Assembly (NCBI GenBank): GCA_965649825.1
Contig: OZ287699.1
Coordinates: forward strand, 310,001-374,000
Direction of reading: 5' to 3'
Origin: Penicillus capitatus
Taxonomy: Eukaryota > Plantae > Chlorophyta
DNA length: 64,000 nucleotides
The position numbers and the translations under genes are program-made. The notes beneath the pieces were generated by a model. It was given only the letters and a program-made list of their open reading frames with translations. It made no database searches and was not told the origin of the DNA. Below, one piece after another: positions 59,101 through 64,000 of this stretch; position 1 is the stretch's first letter; each line of letters starts with the position of its first letter.

Positions 59101-60061
59101 AGCACTGCCGTTCCTCAAGAGAGCGCTCGACATGTGCGAGCGCCTCAACGGCGACGCGGACCATCCGGACCTCGTCCAATGCAACCAGAGCTACGCCGTC
59201 GGACTCTCGCGAGCGGGAAGAGACAGCGAAGCACTGCCGTTCCGCAAGAGAGCGCTCGACATGTGCGAGCGCCTCAACGGCAACGCGGACCATCCGGACC
59301 TCGTCCGATGCATCCGGAGCTACGCCGTCGGACTCGAGCAAGTCGGAAGGAACAGCGAAGCACTGCCGCTCTACAAGAGAGCGCTCGACATGTGCGAGCG
59401 CCTCAACGGCGACGCGGACCATCCGGACCTCGTCCTATGCATCCGGAACTACGCCGTCGGACTCTCGCAAGCGGGAAGAGACGGCGAAGCACTGCCGTTC
59501 CTCAAGAGAGCGCTCGACATGTGCGAGCGCCTCAACGGCGACGCTGACCATCCGGACCTCGTCCAATGCAACCAGAGCTACGCCTTCGTACACTCGCGAG
59601 TCGGAAGGAACAGCGAAACACTGCCGTTCCTCAAGAGAGCGCTCGACATGTGCGAGCGCCTCAACGGCGACGCTGACCATCCGGACCTCGTCCAATGCAA
59701 CCAGAGCTACGCCGTCGGACTCTCGCGAGTGGGAAGAGACAGCGAAGCACTGCCGTTCGGCAAGAGAGCGCTCGACATGTGCGAGCGCCTCAACGGCAAC
59801 GCGGACCATCCGGACCTCGTCCGATGCATCCGGAGCTACGCCGTCGGACTCTCGCGAATCGGAAGAGACAGCGAAGCACTGCCGTTTTACAAGAGATCGC
59901 TCGACATGTGCGAGCGCCTCAACGGCGACGCGGACCATCCGGACCTCGTCCAATGCAACCAGAGCTACGCCGCCGGACTCTCGCGAGTGGGAAGAGACAG
60001 CGAAGCACTGCCGTTCCGCAAGAGAGCAGAGGAAATGCGTAAGCGGCTTGGCAGTCAATAA
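56129..60061 (+). CDS. NB-ARC-TPR NLR-like protein, 15-repeat copy (1310 aa)
   Basis: Same NTPase motifs as copy 1. The length difference 1310-794=516 aa equals 12 x 43 aa. Confidence 0.92.
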   Translation: MWDPVSVVNTFPSHTSLPRCREKGSSVLFSREFDGGQAPRIEARTTRGTAAKNTPPASSTWPPLPQTERHSSRGSTLARAEVRCSLSRSGLQLSSQGNPKEICEVELEGYGLVQILQVRGRFAGRIVERAGPFSRRITVPLVFKGFSDPEEATRGLARLPPSAVCRRVHVLSDRENGVGTFIYVGDLGLLGGGDREPPAGGGALGRQTAASSRPEKKHTLISPDIFRHYAGRKEEFSQLFEAFTSSGESVVVKAIAGPAGIGKTQLAIKVFEWLKMKGSYDHTFWIPSDSKENLSAAFLNIAEYLEISTDDEIPVLVSRVHQELGESRCLYVFDDAFDLELIREYLPPEVGHAIVTTRNAGAGSWEADTVELGPFDECDAWFLAHSFGYTRSPHSEGLDDLIELLPPYPLTLAQFFSMMKYEGVASPAEWLHQVERYAPSRYEAGVIEMLSEEHDVRGASAMVYLFRSNVLSILREPDDLGTHCLDTLIRLALLDPNGVPIKWVCEWHGQGDRQSEAEAQASVKLLEHYSYVSWNEKNNQIYIHADTQLLARHLLLHSNEAIPEWREKLAKKAEDRARDHIKTIVHSISKYTSGWRTDRSNRESWTSLARNEVSLLKHCEESDDIGVELKLVENIAWAYYKLCMFREWLSHGQRALDVCERLHGDSDHPDLVRCIQNYSAGLSQAGRDGEALPFLKRALDMYERLNGDADHPDLVRCIRSYAAGLSRAGRDTEALPFDKRALEMCERLNGDADHPDLVRCIRNYAVGLERVGRDTEALPFRKRALDMCERLNGDADHPDLVQCIQSYAVGLEQVGRDTEALPFYKRALDMCERLNGDADHPDLVLCIRNYAAGLSPAGRDSEALPFLKRALDMCERLNGDADHPDLVRCIQSYVVGLSQAGRDGEALPFLKRALDMCERLNGDADHPDLVLCIRNYAAGLEQVGRNSEALPLYKRALDMCERLKGDADHPDLVRCIRNYAVGLEQVGRNSEALPFLKRALDMCERLNGDADHPDLVQCNQSYAVGLSRAGRDSEALPFRKRALDMCERLNGNADHPDLVRCIRSYAVGLEQVGRNSEALPLYKRALDMCERLNGDADHPDLVLCIRNYAVGLSQAGRDGEALPFLKRALDMCERLNGDADHPDLVQCNQSYAFVHSRVGRNSETLPFLKRALDMCERLNGDADHPDLVQCNQSYAVGLSRVGRDSEALPFGKRALDMCERLNGNADHPDLVRCIRSYAVGLSRIGRDSEALPFYKRSLDMCERLNGDADHPDLVQCNQSYAAGLSRVGRDSEALPFRKRAEEMRKRLGSQ
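58130..60030 (+). repeat. 129-bp coding tandem repeat x15 (last copy truncated)
   Basis: 15 HPDLV units counted in the translation. Confidence 0.95.
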
Positions 60062-62774
60062 AATCTCCATCTTGATCGGCTAACGTATTTTTATCTTATG
60101 AGTTCCATTTGAAGGTTTCTACACATGTTTGTTTTTGCATATCGTGGCCACGTCGCTAGGACTCTGGAAACGCGAACGACGACGAAGGCTTGTTGCATCA
60201 CAATGATTGTAAACACCTTTGTGGTGCGGACTAAATGGACTCGGAACGAACTAATGCGTTAAGCCGATTGCACGATCACGTCGAATGCATCTCTCCTCGG
60301 TAAGTTGCGCGAAGCCGAGTCTGATGCCAATACGACAAAATCCGATATGCTGGCAATTGCGTTGATTGTTACGCTTCTACTATCGTACAAATTGTAGCAT
60401 GGCTGTCGGTTGTGAGTTGGGTGTGATCGTTTCTCGATGACAAGTTTGCAGTCCTTGCTCTTAATGTCGTCTTCTCATCCGATGCAACTAGCGTTGTGCG
60501 ATTGGGCCAATCTAATCTAGCAGAATAGAGCGAGAGAACGGATTGTTTTTTCTCTTTTTCCGAATCCAGTGGTACATGCTTTCTGTCTAGAACACTCTCC
60601 ACAATCTCCTTGCCGTTGGAGCGTCGATTGTAGAGAAGCGTAAGGTTGTGATATCGATATCGTTGCACTGCTTTTATCGACGGATCCCGATAACGTCGAC
60701 TGAACGAACGGGCGCGACAATAGTAGCTTTTGATTTAATCAAGCAAGTGGTTCTTTTATTAGGCGTCGTCTTATGAGCAGCATCATGTGTCGCAAACGCG
60801 TTTTTTCAATAGTTTGTAACGCGTTCTTAAGTACAGACGCCTCTGATCTCGTGCTTGGGTATTCTCTATTTGTTAACTATTGTAACATTCAAACTCTTAT
60901 CTTGTTCTTTTTTTTTCGTTTCCACGTCGTTCACTGTGTCGTCCGAACTGTTCATTGCGGCTAGTTGTACCAAGTTCTTTGTTGCAGCACTCGATTCGCC
61001 ATGTGGCCTGACAGAAGTCCGCAGAGAGATGGGAAGTGATTTCTGCTGAAGGATTTACACATATTTTTACCGTGCCATCTTGAATTGATAGAAATCGGTT
61101 GTTTTGAGCGGGCCGGGTGTATCTGATGAATATCAGTCAGTTTTACCGATAGCCCTGGCGAAGAGGGTAGCCTCAGAGAGCTGCATCTTCGGGCTCGATT
61201 CGTCGTCACAGTGCAGCGAACCAAGTTTGATCTTCTGCAGCCTTTCTCATTCTTCCCGCAACATAGAACCGTCCTACTCATTTTCTACGAGGAACAGCAT
61301 TAAGGGATAGGTTTCAGCAGGCGAGGTGTACGATAAGAAAATACGGAACACCTGCAAGGCAGGTCTTCTTAAGCAATCTACGACGAGTGATTTCTGCATC
61401 CGGTGGCCTTAGGCTCGCTAATGCGAGGATCGCAGTTGTGGACGTTGTGCGGAAGGCTCCTCTAATGAGTAGTGCTGCAGATCGGATAACCGAGGTCTGA
61501 GATTTTTTTTCTCTGGGCGAGGGCCCTACCGTCAGCTGACTAGATTTGTGCACCGTGGAAGAGAACACAAGGGCGATGGTGCAAGCTTGAAAAAGAGTTC
61601 GTGCAACACCAGGTGTTGCACCCTAAAGACTGTTACCGATGCGTTTGATATACCGTAGTCACCAAAGCTACGTACGACAGTCGTGAAAATCCGCCGCGAG
61701 GGGAGCAATAATTTTATTCTATCCTATTGTGATTCCATAGCGGCAAAGTTCAGTAAACGAGACTGCTCTCTTAAAAAAGCGTCTATGCACAAGAATACAA
61801 GGTATATATATTTGCTGTCCTCTCATTCGTTGTCATTCGCAGGTAGGGTCACATCAGTCGTCTTCTGGCAACTACACTATCCTATCCTATTCAATGTTAT
61901 GGACCTCCAAGAAACGACTGCTGCCCAGATGAAGACGATTCTTCAGGATAGAACCGGCGGTCAACGCAGAATAAAACCCAAATCCTTTCTTGCTGGCTGT
62001 CTGGTCAATAGAACTACATTTAGATAAGAAACGATCCGATCTCGCTTAAAAAGGAGATCAAAACATCGAGTAAACGAAGAACCAAAGAAAAAGCCGCGAA
62101 CGTCTTCTCTGGCAAACAGGCAGGAGCCTTCAAACTTCGATCAAACTTTTATCGAGGTTTCACTAACGCAAGATTACTGATCACATCGATGCTCGATGCC
62201 AACAAACATACTCTTAAGTTAGGGGAAGGCCACTGTCTGGCCGAAGCATCCGATATCTGCAAAAGTGCCACATAAAAGACATGCATCTCAGTGGCAGTTT
62301 GATTTGCAGAAAAGCGAAACAAACATAGTATTGTGGAAGCTCGTGTATCCGCAAAGACAAAATGATTAAAAACACATCGAGAAACGAAAGGGTCGATCTG
62401 CGAAAGAGTGCACCTACTCTCCATGCGGGTGTAGCGCTTCGAAGGCATCATTATCCGTCCCTATAAGAGAGAGACTAACGAGATCATCTTCTATTGTCGC
62501 CTTTGAACGATCGCTCGGCGAGTGCGGCGAGCGACAATCGTTGTGAAGAGTATTTACATCATTGTCTTCTACGCCGCGAAATCGGCCGATCGACATCACG
62601 CAACGATCAGCTGTCGCGTCACGTCACATCGCTAGCTCTAGCGATCTTGTCTGAACAAGTCTGACGGCGGTAGGGCGGGCTAAAGGACGAAAACGAAAAC
62701 ATCGGCACGCTGGCCGGCGTGACAGCATTGCTCTCTGGCACAACGGAATATTCCATTCTGTCCTCACTCCTCTA

Positions 62775-63782
62775 TACCTTTTCCATCCCAATTTCAATAA
62801 AAGTAAGAACGTATTCAAAACGAAAAAACCAAACTCAATATGCGTATTATCAATTTGAAAAACTAAATTTCAGCTCCGAATCCAATGAATTCATTTTCAA
62901 ATACTCCATGTCCGAATTCAAATCAAATGATTTCATTTTAGAAGAACGTCATCTTTTTTCAAGAGCGAACCGTTCATTTTGAAAATCTGTCGACAAATTA
63001 CATCAACTGTTACTTCAATTTAATTTGCTGTCAACCCTTTTTCAATTACTGCCAAAGCGATTTGAAATCGGTCTCAAGATGTCAAGAGTGACATCACACC
63101 TATGAGACTGACTCCAAAAAAAAGCAAAAACAATTCAAAACAACTCTTTGCCACCCATCCTCTTGCAGTTGAATATGGAATGCCATTCTTGGAAGCCATG
63201 TCCTTCCAGTCCCTACCTTGCCTCGCTTCTTCTACCACCTGAGGCGAGCTGAACGTCGAGTCTTTTTGTAAACTCCACGTTTTGATCCTGGCTTAGTCCC
63301 TCTTCTTCGAGGCTGTGGAATTGTTTCTTCATTCATGCCTAAAACAAAGTAAAGAAACACCAAGGGACAAACGCCACTCACTTGTTGCCGAAATACTCGT
63401 GTCGAGAACGCTCCAAAGGGGGCGAAGAATCTCTTGTCCAATTGGAACGTCTGCAAGCTCCATTGACGGGACACAGAATTGAGATTATATTTATAATTGC
63501 TTTAATCTTTTTTGAAGATGAGATAATGTTCATTGAAAATGAATGGATATCTTTTGTAAACCAACGACATATTTTTTAAATGAATTGACTTGTTTTGAAA
63601 TGAGAAATTATTGTTTCAATTTGATGTTACCGGATGGGAAATCGTTGTCATAGAGATTGAAAATGGAGTCGTCATTTGTGAAAGTAAAATATTGGGTTTC
63701 AAAATGATTCTGTACTTTTTGAAAACCATTTTTCTGTTTTGAATACGTTCTTACTTTTATTGAAATTGGGATGGAAAAGGTA
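62775..63782. mobile_element. Non-autonomous IS630/Tc1/mariner-like DNA transposon (~1.0 kb) with TA TSD and HTH remnant
   Basis: 62772-62821 is the exact reverse complement of 63736-63785 (50 nt including the TA flanks). AT-rich interior. Minus-strand remnant QVVEEARQGRDWKDMASKNGIPYSTARGWV; no DDE domain seen. Confidence 0.85.
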
Positions 63783-64000
63783 TAGACACACCTTTGGTAC
63801 CCTCTTGGCTAGAAAAGAGCGATCTCATCGTGTTGTTCGTCGTCGAAGCGGACGGAGCTAGTGTTTCTGACAACGAGGAGTCCATTCACGATGAAGCGCG
63901 ACCGTCTTATTCCGTTTTCTCGAGAGCCTCTGAACCTCGACGAGCGCTTCACTCAGATCGATTTCATTTTCACATCGAGTGCTTCCTGTCCAGGCGATTG

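Larger units (their letters stand above)
55620..60950 (+). repeat. Segmental duplication copy 2 (paralogous to ~24540-28790)
   Basis: Direct alignment by eye; lacks the solo LTR and carries 12 extra 129-bp units. Confidence 0.92.

Noticed and set aside
27049-60030. Regular repeats as a possible CRISPR array
   Set aside because: The units are contiguous in-frame coding repeats with no unique spacers, in a eukaryotic context with no cas genes.
58032-60083. 683-aa overlapping + strand ORF and several antisense ORFs across the repeat array
   Set aside because: By-products of a GC-rich 129-bp repeat lacking stops in alternative frames; low-complexity S/T/R product.
61601-61621. Perfect 10-bp palindrome GTGCAACACC-A-GGTGTTGCAC as a Helitron 3' hairpin
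   Set aside because: No properly spaced CTRR end and no identifiable 5' TC terminus.

Overview
Eukaryotic nuclear DNA from a compact green-algal genome. Evidence: mostly ~45-60 nt GT-AG introns, plastid-targeted VDR, fibrillin and PHT4 genes, a starch-synthase remnant, and genes ending in TAA, TAG and TGA (standard code). A siphonous ulvophyte such as Bryopsidales is my inference, not proven. Housekeeping genes (VDR, TPT-family transporter, fibrillin, PHT4, ABCG, GET1-like, OEP61-like) are interleaved with an unusually dense set of candidate defence/recognition genes. (1) Two near-identical NB-ARC-TPR (NLR-like) genes 31,081 bp apart, with 3 versus 15 tandem 129-bp repeats that vary combinatorially on one helix face. 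(2) Three paralogous tandem-MATH genes, two with a C-terminal RING. (3) A secreted, catalytically dead trypsin domain spliced in frame to ankyrin repeats, five of them one per exon. (4) A secreted 6-Cys knottin-pattern peptide. (5) Three secreted Ala/Cys-rich paralogs; in two of them the introns and flanks are far more conserved than the mature proteins. (6) A STRA6-like membrane protein. Mobile or decayed DNA includes a 489-bp solo LTR with a 5-bp TSD and an empty site in the paralogous segment, a ~1-kb TA-flanked element with long TIRs and an HTH remnant, and frameshifted remnants of cis-prenyltransferase, starch synthase and RAE1. Exon structures were deduced by eye; no database searches were run.
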